DNA from: Eledone cirrhosa
Taxonomy: Eukaryota
Assembly (NCBI GenBank): GCA_964016885.1
Contig: OZ024741.1
Coordinates: 237,522,001 to 237,586,000, forward strand
Length of the DNA: 64,000 bases
Direction of reading: 5' to 3'
Positions 29,949 through 42,096 of the stretch are shown piece by piece. Each line of letters begins with the position of its first letter. Positions within the stretch are counted from its first letter, which is position 1. The translations under genes and the position numbers were made by a program. Below the pieces are notes generated by a model. It worked only from the letters and a program-made list of their open reading frames with translations. It ran no database searches and was not told where the DNA came from.

Positions 29949-30073
29949 TTTTATATAGAAATGACTTCTATAGGACTAGAACTCTTTCATTTGTATGAAA
30001 TCATCAGGATATTCCTTATGATTTCATACGAATGAAATAGTACTAGCCATGTAGAAGTCATTTCTATATAAAA
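29949..30073. repeat. Imperfect inverted repeat with a hammerhead-like core on the minus strand
   Basis: TTTTATATAGAAATGACTTCTA...TAGAAGTCATTTCTATATAAAA; minus CTGATGA-TTTCATACAAAT-GAAA; related to 55370-55425. Confidence 0.7.
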
Positions 30074-30143
30074 CATGCTTCTCTACAAACGTATTTAGTA
30101 CCTTATTTAATTGTTTTTTACCCCCCCCCCTCAGAGAACCATC

Positions 30144-30248
<105 letters not shown>

Positions 30249-30251
30249 ATA

Positions 30252-30351
30252 CAGGGTATCCCAAAAAATTGTATTCACATTGCAACAGCATTCTAATAAA
30301 TATTGCCTGTACAGGTAATCAAAGTATGTTTACATTTTTGGGGATACCTTG
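30252..30351. mobile_element. Tiny Tc1/mariner-type MITE
   Basis: TA|CAGGGTATCCC ... GGGATACCTTG terminal inverted repeats. Confidence 0.6.
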
Positions 30352-30741
30352 CATGTATATAAGGGTTTAGGGCATTCAGTCCATGTTTAATCAGTTATAA
30401 CAGTGTCATGTGCGGGTACTTAAGTATCGTTGTGTTTTTTACCCCAACTTATTCAGCCTGTTGTGAGAAAATGATGAGTTGGGGGTAAATAAGCCAATGA
30501 AAGTACCTATATATGTACCTGATTATTTATATGTGTGTGTGTGTATCACTATCATCATTTAACGTCCTACCTCGCGAGTGTTGGATGGGTCATCAAATTT
30601 CAAGTCAGTACTTAATCAGACCCACAGATCTCTCAAGCGTGTTGGGGAGCTGCAGCTTCCTTAATATGATCCTACACTCTAAGGGTGCACTGGATGCATT
30701 TTGTTGTGGCTACTTCAGTAGGGAGGTTTCATTATTTATTT

Positions 30742-30920
30742 TTGGCAGTATCGGTAGAGGGTTGGACGCCATGCTTTCTAGCATAGTTACATCCCTTACA
30801 GTCTGAGTTCAAATCCCGCCGAGGTTAACTTTGCCTTTCATCTTTACGGGGTCGATAAAATAAAGTACCAGTAATGTACTGGGTAATTGCTGGCTTTGTG
30901 CCTAAAGTAGAAACAATTAT
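30742..30920 (+). mobile_element. SINE family A, full length
   Basis: Matches consensus. Confidence 0.9.
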
Positions 30921-31923
30921 TTATTTTTCTAACAAATTAATTGACCAAGTGAACTTTTCTTCATTGTATTGACAAGACAGGTGGTGTGAAGTAGACATAT
31001 TTTGAGGGAGTTTTGTTATGTGTGTACAGTTTGGGGTTGGATTTAAAGCATGCACAATATATGTGGGTCGATAGATTTATCAAATTATGTTGTAGCCCTT
31101 TGTGAGGTAAAGAGCTTTGCAGGTTCAGCATGGGGAGGGAGTGTAACATCTAGTTAGTAATTGTGGGAGATTTCCCTTAGAGTCATTTGAGCATAGGACA
31201 AAATACCTTCTTTCTCTCTATGCTTTTTATGTCACACCAAGGTCAACTTTGCTTTTCATCTTATTGGCGGGGGGGGGGGGGGTCAATAAAATAAAATACA
31301 AGTTTCAAAGCACTGTATTTATACAGGTATATTTCTCGGATGCCAGGCAAGTGCGTTAACCGTTACATACTAAAGAGCCGTTACATACACAGACACACCA
31401 TGGGTTGGATACAGCATATACAGTATGTTGGATACATACATATTAGTGCTGTATTCGCCTATCTTCCACACCGAATCTCTTTCTTTATAACTTTCTTAAT
31501 GTATATATTTTAATGAAATTTATATTTTCAGAATTTTTTTTATTGCATCCGCTGCACGTCAATGCTTTCATTACTGTATACTTTCGATTTGTATTTGTAA
31601 TTAATCTAAACGTAAATTCGGAAATGTTTTCGTCATGTCTTCCAATTTCATGTTTATAAAGAAAAATATCAATGAGGATAATGTCATATTCTTTACAGGA
31701 GTGTAACATCATTTCACCAACAATGAATTGCATCAATATATATATATAGAGAGTGTAACGTGCAGTTACTGTAGGTTCACCCAGGCGAGCACTCGATGTT
31801 TAGATTCACGTCTGCAACGTGGTGTAGAGCTAAACAGAGTGTAAATATAATAATTGTTTCTACTTTAGGCACAAGGCCAGCAATTATCCCAGTGTATTAC
31901 TGGTACTTAATATAATAATAAAA

Positions 31924-32184
31924 GACGATTTATTAAGCCTTCATTACGTTTATTGAGTGGTGGTGCGCGTTTCGCTATTGACCAGCTCAAGGTTCGATCT
32001 GGCCCGACTCTGGAATCAAAAGCTCGTCGGACCTCAGCTGTGGTAATAGCAGAATGAACCATTACCACAGCTGAGGTCCGACGAGCTTTTGATTCCAGAG
32101 TCAGGCCAGATCGATCCATGAGCTGATCAATAGCGAAACACGCGTCACTACTCAATAAACGTAATGAAGACTTAACAAATCGTC
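31924..32184. repeat. Inverted repeat (~124-bp arms) carrying a hammerhead with a CCGACGA core
   Basis: Plus motif: TGAGGT-CCGACGA(32078)-GCTTTTGAT..ATCAATAGC-GAAA(32135)-C-ACGC-GTC-ACT-ACTCA; the minus arm has a mutated cleavage site. Confidence 0.85.
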
Positions 32185-32279
32185 CTGGCCAATCAAGAAA
32201 TCGGGTCGATAAAATAAAGTACCAGTAATGTACTGAGTAATTGCTGGCCTTGTGCCAATAGTAGAAACAATTATTATAA

Positions 32280-33036
32280 TAATCCCTGGCATGGCAGTGT
32301 TACCGGGGAGCGTTGCCGGTTCGGGATAAGCTCTACAGGCACGTAGGTGCTGTCAGCCGATCCTGTCCGAGATGCGCGCAGGGCGACGAAACCGTCCTGC
32401 ACGCACTCGTTCAGTGCCCGAGGATTGCTGACTTGTGGAGCTATGTCGAACAGTTGCTGTCGCGTGTAGGACGGGTCCGGTTATCGACTGAGTCCATTGT
32501 GCAGATAGCCCCGCCATCCTCCTTTAAAGAGGAGGAAAGTCAAGCAGTTTTCATCTGCCTGGTGGCCATGGCGAAAGAGATGGTGTGGTGGACAAGGTGG
32601 AAGGGTTGAAGACGGACACTTTCCTCTCCGGCCAATCCCTGATTAACTTTTTCAAGTTTCACTTGAAGAGAAAAATCAGGGTGGAGAGGCAAGTGCTGTC
32701 TTCTAGTAAGTTTGTTGAAAGGTGGGTGAAAGTGACGAGTCTGGTCCGAGTGAACGGGCCCGCTCTGAGTATGCACATGTAGACTGAGGAGTGGGAAAAC
32801 TGAGAGAGGGCGCTTGCCCTAGTGGTCAGGGTGGCCGTTGTCTTTTGTGTGGTTTTCGCCACGAGTGACCCTCGGAAGTTTCACCCCTATTGTGGAATTT
32901 TTTGTTGTTTGAAATTTTTTGATATTTCTATCTTGTTTTAACCTTTTTTACACGGCCAAAACCCACATTGTATCGTCCTGTACCGTTCTGTGCCGTCTGT
33001 AATGTTTTTCTTCATGTTAGCCCTTATGGCCAATAA
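32280..33036 (+). mobile_element. Tx1/L1-clade non-LTR 3' fragment (zf-RVT CCHC + 3' UTR)
   Basis: AWQCYRGALPVRDKL..SCPRC..ETVLHALVQCP..LW; frameshift near 32600; AATAAA at 33032; TSD-like flanks. Confidence 0.85.
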
Positions 33037-33053
33037 AGAAACCATTATTATAA

Positions 33054-33402
33054 CTAGCTGACGTACTCAGCTTCGCCCGGGTAATCAGATGATAAGAGAA
33101 GACAGGTAAAAGAGAAAATGACTGTTTGTCTGGTTACAATATGAGGCGAGTCCGTGGTGTCTGTGTGATACAAAAAACAATAAAAAAATCTTCCAGATAT
33201 ACCAGATTCTTCGTTGTACCGTTTGTGCATACGCTATGAACAATTCTAGGTGCTCCCACCTAGAATAGTGACCTCTAGGAGATGGTTCATCTTCTGCCTG
33301 ACTGTAAAACGTGTATCATTGCATAGACATGGTTGTTGCACGTTTCTCAAAAGGATGATGGAAGTTCCAATCTTTTATATTATATGTAGATATAGATATA
33401 GA
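33054..33402 (-). mobile_element. Non-autonomous Helitron-like element
   Basis: Minus starts A|TCTATATC..ATAATATAAAAG and ends with hairpin CCCGGGCGAAGCTGAGT then CAGCTAG|T. Confidence 0.7.
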
Positions 33403-33404
33403 TA

Positions 33405-33891
33405 ATTAATATAAAAGATGATGCTCAGCCAGTTCGTCTTCAACCATCGCAGCACGCTGTCGCTGCTTGGCTCCAGTGTTTCGTTGGCGTTGTTCAGCCA
33501 GCTCCTCTTCATTCATGGCGGCAGTCATCGCCTCTGAAGTTCGGCGTTCCGATGGCGCTGTTCGGCCCGTTTTTCTTCATTCCTGACTGCACGCCGTCGC
33601 CGCTGTAGTTCACTATTTGATAAAGTCGAATTGCTTTTACTTTCTGTGGAACGCTGCACACACACATAAACATACGCGCACGTACATACACACGCACACA
33701 TGGTAATAGTTACAGCGTTCACTTTGCCTCTCTGTTTCTTACTCTCCCTTCTCACTCCCTCACTGGCATTATGCATATTAATTTAAGTTTGGCGTCGTTG
33801 AGGTGGGCGGAGTCGTTTGAAACCTATGAACCAATGATAATCGAGAATTATGACACACGGAATAATGACATTGTTGAAATTAATATATAGA
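33405..33891 (-). mobile_element. Probable Helitron 5' fragment with charged coiled-coil coding remnant
   Basis: Minus begins A|TCTATATATTAA; encodes repeats NEEKRAEQRHRNAELQRR / NEEELAEQRQRNTGAKQRQR. Confidence 0.5.
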
Positions 33892-34212
33892 TAATAATAA
33901 TGGTTTATTTATTTAATAATAATAATAATAATTGTTTCTACTTTTGGCACAAGGCCAGCAATTACTGGTACTTTATTTTATCGACCCCGTGGGGGGGACT
34001 GGAGTTATATCACTAATAGATTATTGACTTTGAACAAGCAAAAATACGGCGAGATATAGCAATAATTATTTAGTTTGGTGGGGGTAAGTAGAAAAGACAA
34101 TATTTTTAATGCATTTCTTTTCATTTACATGGAAAAGACTCTGCACTAGTACATTTAAAAGTCAAAATGCGTGAATGTTTATCAGAAATTAATACTTCAT
34201 TTTAAAATAAGG

Positions 34213-34450
34213 TTAATTTTTACAATTTCGTCCGTCACTTAATGCTTTGACTGTACAGCAATTTCCTCTTGTAATTCTTTTTGGCATTCTGAATCGGTGT
34301 ATCTGTTTCTCGACGGAAATACACGCCAGCGAAGACAACCATACTTGAGTCATTGACCAGATTAAGAATGATCGAATTCTGTTCAAAATTGAGAAGCGTC
34401 TTTTCAATAGAAGTTGCGGGGATGGACAGGAAAAGTTGTGAGGAAACTGG
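34213..34450 (-). pseudogene. hAT transposase C-terminal dimerisation-domain remnant
   Basis: LFLSIPATS/(fs)KRRFSILNRIRSFLIWSMTQVWLSSLACISVE fits the hAT consensus IP.T...ER.FS.L.RI...LRS.M.Q.RL..LA..S.E. Confidence 0.75.
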
Positions 34451-35409
34451 AACTACGTGCAGCTTTCTGAAAGAAGCACAATGTTCAAAGGGAAGCCTTC
34501 ACATCTGAGGAAATTTGCCGATTATTTTTAGTCTCTATCTTTTCAATTATATCTCTATTCTTATATATTTTTTTTTTTTCAAAATATGGTCTCATTGGAT
34601 GTCAATTAATTCCTATATAACTTTCCAGCATAAAAATATTCCCTCTCCTTGTCTAACAGTTTCAGACAGTAGAGAAGAATCCTCGTTTATAAAGTGACAT
34701 TAAAATAGGATTGATTGACTTAAACTTTTAAAAGTCATTGTCATAAATACAGCTGAACTAATTTACAACTAAAATATAGTAGGGTAGCTGGCAAAACGGT
34801 TCACCTTTTGTGTCTTTTATGTAAATGTTACTTATGACAAGCGATGGCAGATCAAAGCGGCTTTTCAAACGTTTTTACTTTCGGGACCTTCTGATCAGAT
34901 TTCTTTTTTCGTAGCTTACACATTGTTACTGATCACTCGGGCTAACTTGAATCGGTTAGATTTATTTTATTAAAATGTCTTCATATAAACAATATTATGT
35001 ACAGCAAAATTTATTTAAGCCAACATTCTGGTATGAGATCGTAAGGTGAGGTAAAGGATATTTAACTTTTCATGGAGTAGTATAAGGGCCATCATGACAC
35101 ATAGTGTGTCTTAGGCATTTTAAACGTGGTGCACAAGTACATAACACAGTTAATGTCTTCCAGAGAAGGAAAGGGAGATAGAAGAATAGATCTCAGTACT
35201 GGTGTGGTACTTTATTTATTAATCTCGAAAGGATGAAAAGCAAATTTGACATCGACAGATTTGAACGCAAAACGTGATACAAATATTGAAGCAATTTTAA
35301 TCTGACGTCCACTGCCAAATCGTCACATTTGTGCAGTCGCATAAAGTTATACTCCTTGAAAGTAGGTAAGTCAAGCAAATGAACATGAGTTCGATTTATC
35401 TTTTCAAGA

Positions 35410-36010
35410 AGTGATTGGAAGAGACCAGACGGCCTTACTCTTTGTTCCTGGGTAAGAGGCAGGTGTCTCATCTGGGACGCCACAGTCAGTGACTCTTTTG
35501 CTCCCTCCCACATCATGGATGCGGCGATATATGTTGAGGGTCACTGCTTCCGTAGCCGAACGGATTAAAATTATAAACTATCAAATACCTATTTTTTCCA
35601 GCCTGTGGCGTTCGAGACATTTGGTGAATTTGGGCCGCTGGCAGCGAAGCTCTCGCCATCGTTGGTGGTTCGCCTTACTGGGGTGTTAGGTGATGCCCAT
35701 GAGAATGTCTGGTTGCTTCAGCGCATTAGCCTCGCCATCACCCGTGGTAATGCTGTGAGCGTGTTCGCTTGCTTCAAAAATTTTCGTTGATCCTTGTGAT
35801 GTGCGACCGATTGTCGCACTTGGTGGTGAATTGATGGTTGTTCTTGCTCTCCCCCTCTTTTTTTTCTTTCTCTCGCTCTTATCGTATATTTTGTTGCGTT
35901 ATATTTGTGAGGTTCCTAGCAATAGATAATTGTATTTATTATATGTGTTTATATTTTCATTCTGAAAGAATTGTGAACAATTTGTAACGTTATTTATACA
36001 ACTGAATAAA
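35410..36010 (+). mobile_element. CRE-clade non-LTR 3' fragment (restriction-like PD-(D/E)xK endonuclease + 3' UTR)
   Basis: KRPDGLTLCSWVRGRCLIWDATVSDSFAPSH ... VAFETFGEFGP ... WLLQRISLAITRGNA. Confidence 0.8.
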
Positions 36011-37358
36011 ATCGTTATAACATTATTATGAATACGTCAACAATTTAAGTTATAAAGCTGAAAGAATGCTATATTCTTTGAAGTATAGTAAATTAAAACA
36101 AGTCTGGATTATTTTAGTCTTAATTCTTTGGACGGAAGTTTATTTGATGGGTCGCGGTTTTAGACACGGGCAAGTATCAACTGTAATAGTAACGAATGTG
36201 TGTATATTTATTTATATATTTGTCCATCACGCACTGAAATGGAAATGACTGGGGAAGGAAGGGGTGGTGACAAACTATAGAAAACAGCGACCATCGTTCT
36301 AACATTCGCTACACCCCGTGAACTAAAAGCGCCGAAATTGCTTATCAACTTTCGATTGTGATTAGATATGAACAACTGGCCCACGTCGTTAATGGGCGAC
36401 ACCGATACAACTGATGCGGTTAACGGTGCCACCCCTTCAACACAGGATCTGTTTCCCTGTGTTACATGTGAGGGTGCGAATGGGGTTCCACTGCTTCGAG
36501 TTCTCGATACCGTTCTTTCGTAGAAGGCAATTTTCTGCCTCCATCGTCATTTGGAGCCGCAGGACTTGGTGCCGTACCTTCGCTGCAAGGCACGGCAGCA
36601 AGTCATGTTTCTGTGGCCGTCAGCAGATCCTGCAAAATCCCGAAACACTGAGCATCACAAGTTCCGCTTTTAATGTTTGTCAAGTGTCATGCGGGCCCAT
36701 GGGCCCAGCCGTTTGTGACGATCGCCGCGTCCTCTGGACGGCCGACGCCCCCTGGATTTTCGCGTGGTGGCTGCCATATCGGACTTTGGGCCATGAAGCC
36801 AAGACATGATTCACGTCAGGTGATATTTTTAAGGGAGCCAGGCGCCCGGGGATGTTCGGTACTGTTTAAATATCGGTGTTAACTGATCTTTCCAAGCAAT
36901 GAATTTGGGTGCAATCAGGCTTAAGCACTCCACTTTTTGTGTATCCATATTAGTAAAAATTAGTATTATACGCATGGTGTCAGACGGAGTATATAGTTAC
37001 TTCATTAAAAATAAAGAGATGGTTTTACATTTTAAACTTCAACTGTATAACATTCATTATGTACTTTCCAGATACATTAGGCTGTGGTTACGTAATGTTA
37101 CATGAGTCTAATGAGTTCTCATTAGAGAGTTGTAAATAATATGTAAACAATATTTTTGATATTCTAGTTGCAAAACAGTGGTATTGTGTGTTGAGTTCCA
37201 ACTACCACTGCGTAAACATAATTTAATGCATTTAAAATGTACATAATGGATATTATGTACATAATGGATATTATGTACATAATGGATATTATGTAATTCG
37301 ATAACTCGATGTTTAAAATGTAAAACCTTCTTTTCGCTTTTAATGAAGTATGTGTGTG

Positions 37359-37712
37359 TCTAAATGTTTTAAATTAAACATACGGTATATTGCCAAATAT
37401 ACTATACATACAATCATGTATACATCGCTATTTCAGAGCACCAATCCTAATACCTAATTTTTACTGGACCGGCTCTTGATTATTACTGGAATTTTAGATG
37501 AATCCAACTTCTATAATTTTCGGCGAAAGTAGAGTACATGGGGAGTACATGGCTCTGATGAACGCCAACCAGCGTGAAACAGACTGTCAGCTTCTCTCCC
37601 TTCTTCCGCCGAAAAGAAGTGACATAGTCACTACTTTAAAACTGATAGCGTATGGTCTTCTAAATGTGTTTAATTAAACATACGGTATATTGCCAAATAT
37701 ACTATACATACA
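37359..37712 (+). mobile_element. 300-bp hammerhead-bearing unit bounded by 54-bp direct repeats (retrozyme/pseudo-LTR-like)
   Basis: Direct repeats at 37359-37412 and 37659-37712, with a canonical hammerhead inside. Confidence 0.75.
37517..37615 (+). ncRNA. Canonical minimal type I hammerhead ribozyme
   Basis: TTTTCGGCG/CGCCGAAAA, GGGAG/CTCCC and GCT/AGC stem I; CTGATGA 37555-37561; ACGC-CAACCA-GCGT; GAAA 37576-37579; CAG-A-CTG; GUC site at 37588. Confidence 0.85.
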
Positions 37713-38384
37713 TTTATATATATATATATATATAATGTGTGTGTGTATGTTGTCATGCTGGTGACACGGCATTAGGGAGGACATCCAGCTGTGTAAATCA
37801 AGCCAAAATACACGAACTAGACGTAATCACTTGACCTAACTTGTCTCATAACATGACAATCGTCTAACCCATGCAAGCGTGGGAAAATAGACGTTAAACG
37901 ATGATGATGATGTATATATGCTCCCTGTTTTGGATTCATATTCAAATGCCTTAACCACTCAGACTTTTTTGAATGTATCAAATAATAGCCGTTACACCAC
38001 CCGGTCTGTTTTCCTATATTGTCACGTCTTACCTTTTCTATGCCTCCGTGACATTCTTATTTGTCTGTACATATATTTTTTCTATTTCTCCCCATTCTAT
38101 ATTTCTTCTTATTTGGCTATGTCACCATGCACCGTTTCTATCTCTTTCTCTTCCTTTTCAGTTGATGCATTCTAGTATGCAAGATTTTTTTTTTTCGAGT
38201 ATATTCCTGTAATTCGCCGAAAGGAACAATTAGACTTGTGTCTACCTATTTTGTTGTGTCCCAGTGTGCACTGGAATGAGTAGTACCACACCTGGTTTAC
38301 TGAAACCTTTTTTTTTTTTCATTTTTCATTTCTTCTTTTCACTCTTCTCTATCTTCCTATTCTTTTATTTTTATTTCTCATTTT

Positions 38385-38465
38385 TTTTTCATCCGAAGAA
38401 GGACTAGCGCCTGAAATGTTAAGACTCTTTTCCGTAACGCCCCAAGCGTTAAACTAATATATATC
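38385..38465 (+). ncRNA. Degenerate hammerhead, same family as 52238/54812
   Basis: CCGAAGA-AGG-ACTAGCG-CCT-GAAA-TGTT; downstream AAGCGTTAA.CTAATATA shared with the other copies. Confidence 0.5.
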
Positions 38466-39539
38466 TTTGTTGTACTATATGGTTTGCTATCAGCATCATC
38501 ATCATCGTTTAACGTTCATCTTCCACGCTAGCATGGGTTAGACGGGTTTGTCCCATTTAGAGGCAAGTTGGGTCGGGTGATCGTGTCTCGCTCATATAGA
38601 ACTGTGTGTATATATATGGACACACACACATATATGTGTATGTATGTATACGTGTGTGTGTGTATATAATGTATTTGTATATTTAACATACATATGTGTG
38701 ATTGTGTTGTAGTAGACGTCACCTGTACACTGTTTATTTGTATACATCTGTGTGTATCTGCATTTTCTGCTATTTGACACATTTGGCAGTATGTATTTGT
38801 GTATGTATGTGTGATGTGCGTGTGTCTGTGATTGTGTATGAGTATGTGAACAGCGTGGTGTGTATGTTTAAATTAGAAATATGTTGAAGTGTACAGAGAC
38901 AGCAGTTTCTCTATCGATCCCCAAGCTAGCATCGATAGGGAAAGAAGGAAAAAGAAGAGAGGAAGGCTGTTGTAAGTGTAGAAGCCATGTTGCCAGCATT
39001 TATACCTTCATTGTCGGATGTCCTAGACAGACAGAACTACTGCTACAGGGAGTGGCATCTCAACACAAGTCTCTCATTTCTTGTCTCTCATCTCTCAATT
39101 CTTATGTCTTATCTCATCACTCGTTTCTCCATTTCATCTTATCTCCCATCTGTCATCTCATCTTCCATCACATTTCCTCTATACTGACTGACATCATAAC
39201 ACTAGCAATCATTAGGGCATGAATTTATTAGCGAACAGACGTATAAGTAATGTTTTTTTATATATATACAGATATATACATTAATACATGCGTGCGCGCA
39301 CACACACACACATTACATATTTCCATGCATCTGTGTGTATTCATACATAAATACATGTGTGTGTGTTTTCATTCATTTATCAAATTAGCGACTCTTACAG
39401 GACTAATTCTGTTTCTTGCTCTAAGAATTTGTCTCAAATGAATTCTTAATATATGAAAATATATCCACTCTATTCCATGTATTGTACTTTGCCTTGAATT
39501 GTGGTCCTCTCTGTTCCAAATGGGATCATTAATAATTTT

Positions 39540-39573
<34 letters not shown>

Positions 39574-40098
39574 TGTATGTATGTATGTATGTATGTATGT
39601 ATGTATGTATGCATGCATGTATGTATGTATGTATGTATGTATGTATGTATGCATGTATGCATGCATGCATGCATGCATGCATGCATGCATGCATGCATGC
39701 ATGTATACATGAATGTGTGTGTGTACATGAATGCATGCATGTATGTACGTACATGCATGTAATGATGTGATGATATATAAATCTTGTCTGAATTTTTTAG
39801 ATGAGGGGCTATCATTATTGTCGATAAAATAAAGTACCAGTAATACACTGGGTAATTGCTGGCTCTGTGCCAAAAGTAGAAACAATTATTATAAACTGAT
39901 TTGGACATAATGTCCTCATCTTGGTTGTTACAATCATAGCATTTCAGTCAGATGCCTGTTATATTCAGCAATGCTTTTAGAATTTCGCATCTAACTTTTT
40001 AATCAAACCATGGTCACAGATTATTCTCATTCTCCATGCTTCGGATATCCTTGTTTTAGTCATTATTTGCCTGTGATGTCACTTATATATACATACAT

Positions 40099-40495
<397 letters not shown>

Positions 40496-40829
40496 TATAC
40501 ATATGTGTCCATTTCAGAATAATACTAAGAACGAATGGGTCTATAAACCCATCAAATACATGTTTCCTTGTGATTTCTTGGATGATATACACGCTTTCTG
40601 ACGAGGGTCTAATTAGATCTGAAAATCTATTATTGGTGTTTTATCATTTTTTAGATTTTTTATTTACAGGGAAATTCGTATTTTCTGGTATGTTTACATG
40701 CCTACATATTAGATATGTGTATATTTATATACACATTGGTACAGTCTCGATTACCCACTCTGTATTTATACATATATAACTTTATCATACACATAGGCTG
40801 CTAGCGCACTTCTACACATATATATATAT

Positions 40830-41672
40830 AAATTAAGTATAAGTTATACATTTAGATTACGTATAGCCCAGCTGCCATTCACTCACTGAATGAATTTACA
40901 GAAATCGCATATTGTAAATACGAATCCGTAAGTCAGAGTGGACACTACACATTAAACAGGGGATAAACGGCTTAGTGTGGGAACAAATATAGTGCTCCGA
41001 ACTGTAACAGTTTCATTACTGCGTCCTATATGTGTCGATGCATTTGCAAACACTACAGATAGAAGCCATGCAATGTTTCCAAAAGATTAGGGAGACCACA
41101 TGACCAGGGGTAACTGGGTAAATCGTCGGCAGAGTTCAGTACTAATACCAACAGAAGAATTCGTTTGAGAGACTGCCAGAATCAACATGAACGTATACAG
41201 TGGTAGTGATAGCAGTTTCAAAAGCTGTGGCAGAATCACGTGACCTAAAGAGCAAGGCAAATAGAATCCAGCCATTAGGAATAAGCATACTGTTGGCAGT
41301 AAAATTCAAATAGTTGTATCTGAGCCAAAGCTCTCAACCTGACTATTTATGTATATGACAAAGACAAATGCAAAACTGCATAAAAGAAATAGTGTTCAAA
41401 CGATTAAAGGCATGTTTGTCACCAGGGGTAAAAAATAATAATTAAGTATAAGTTATACGTTTAGATTATACATAGCCCAGCCGCCATCCATTCACTCAAT
41501 AAATTTACAGAAATGGCATGTTGTAAATACGAATCAGTAAGTCAGGGTAGATACTACACGTTAAACAGTGAATAAATGGCTTAGTGTGGGAACAAATATA
41601 CTCTCTGAATTATTGTCTTATATGAACCGATGCATTCACAAACACTACAGATAAAAGTCAGACAATGTTTCC
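40830..41672. repeat. Diverged direct repeat (~240 bp, spacing ~610 bp)
   Basis: AATTAAGTATAAGTTATAC..CAATGTTTCCA at ~40830-41080 and ~41440-41672. Confidence 0.8.
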
Positions 41673-41702
41673 ATGTATATATGTGTATATATAGTATCTG
41701 GT

Positions 41703-41742
<40 letters not shown>

Positions 41743-41837
41743 ATAATAATAAATTTGAAGACTAAAATCCAAAGAGGGCTCGATAAGGATAAATATATAT
41801 CAAATATATAAGAGCCGTAGTGCAAATATTTATTAAA

Positions 41838-42009
41838 ATAACAGATTAAAGTTTAAGCAAAGAATCGCTGCTTTCACCCTTAACGGGATCTTCTGAAACT
41901 AATAAAGTCAATCTGTAAACGCAATCTGCGTTTACAGATTGACTTTGTTAGTTTCAGAAGATCCCGTTAAGGGTGAAAGCAGCGATTCTTTGCTTAAACT
42001 TTAATCTGT

Positions 42010-42012
<3 letters not shown>
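41838..42012. repeat. Inverted repeat (~86-bp arms) with a CAGAAGA-core hammerhead-like motif on each strand
   Basis: Centre CGCA-ATC-TGCG at 41920-41930; the left arm continues to ~41735 as the reverse complement of 5370-5560. Confidence 0.88.
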
Positions 42013-42090
<78 letters not shown>

Positions 42091-42096
<6 letters not shown>

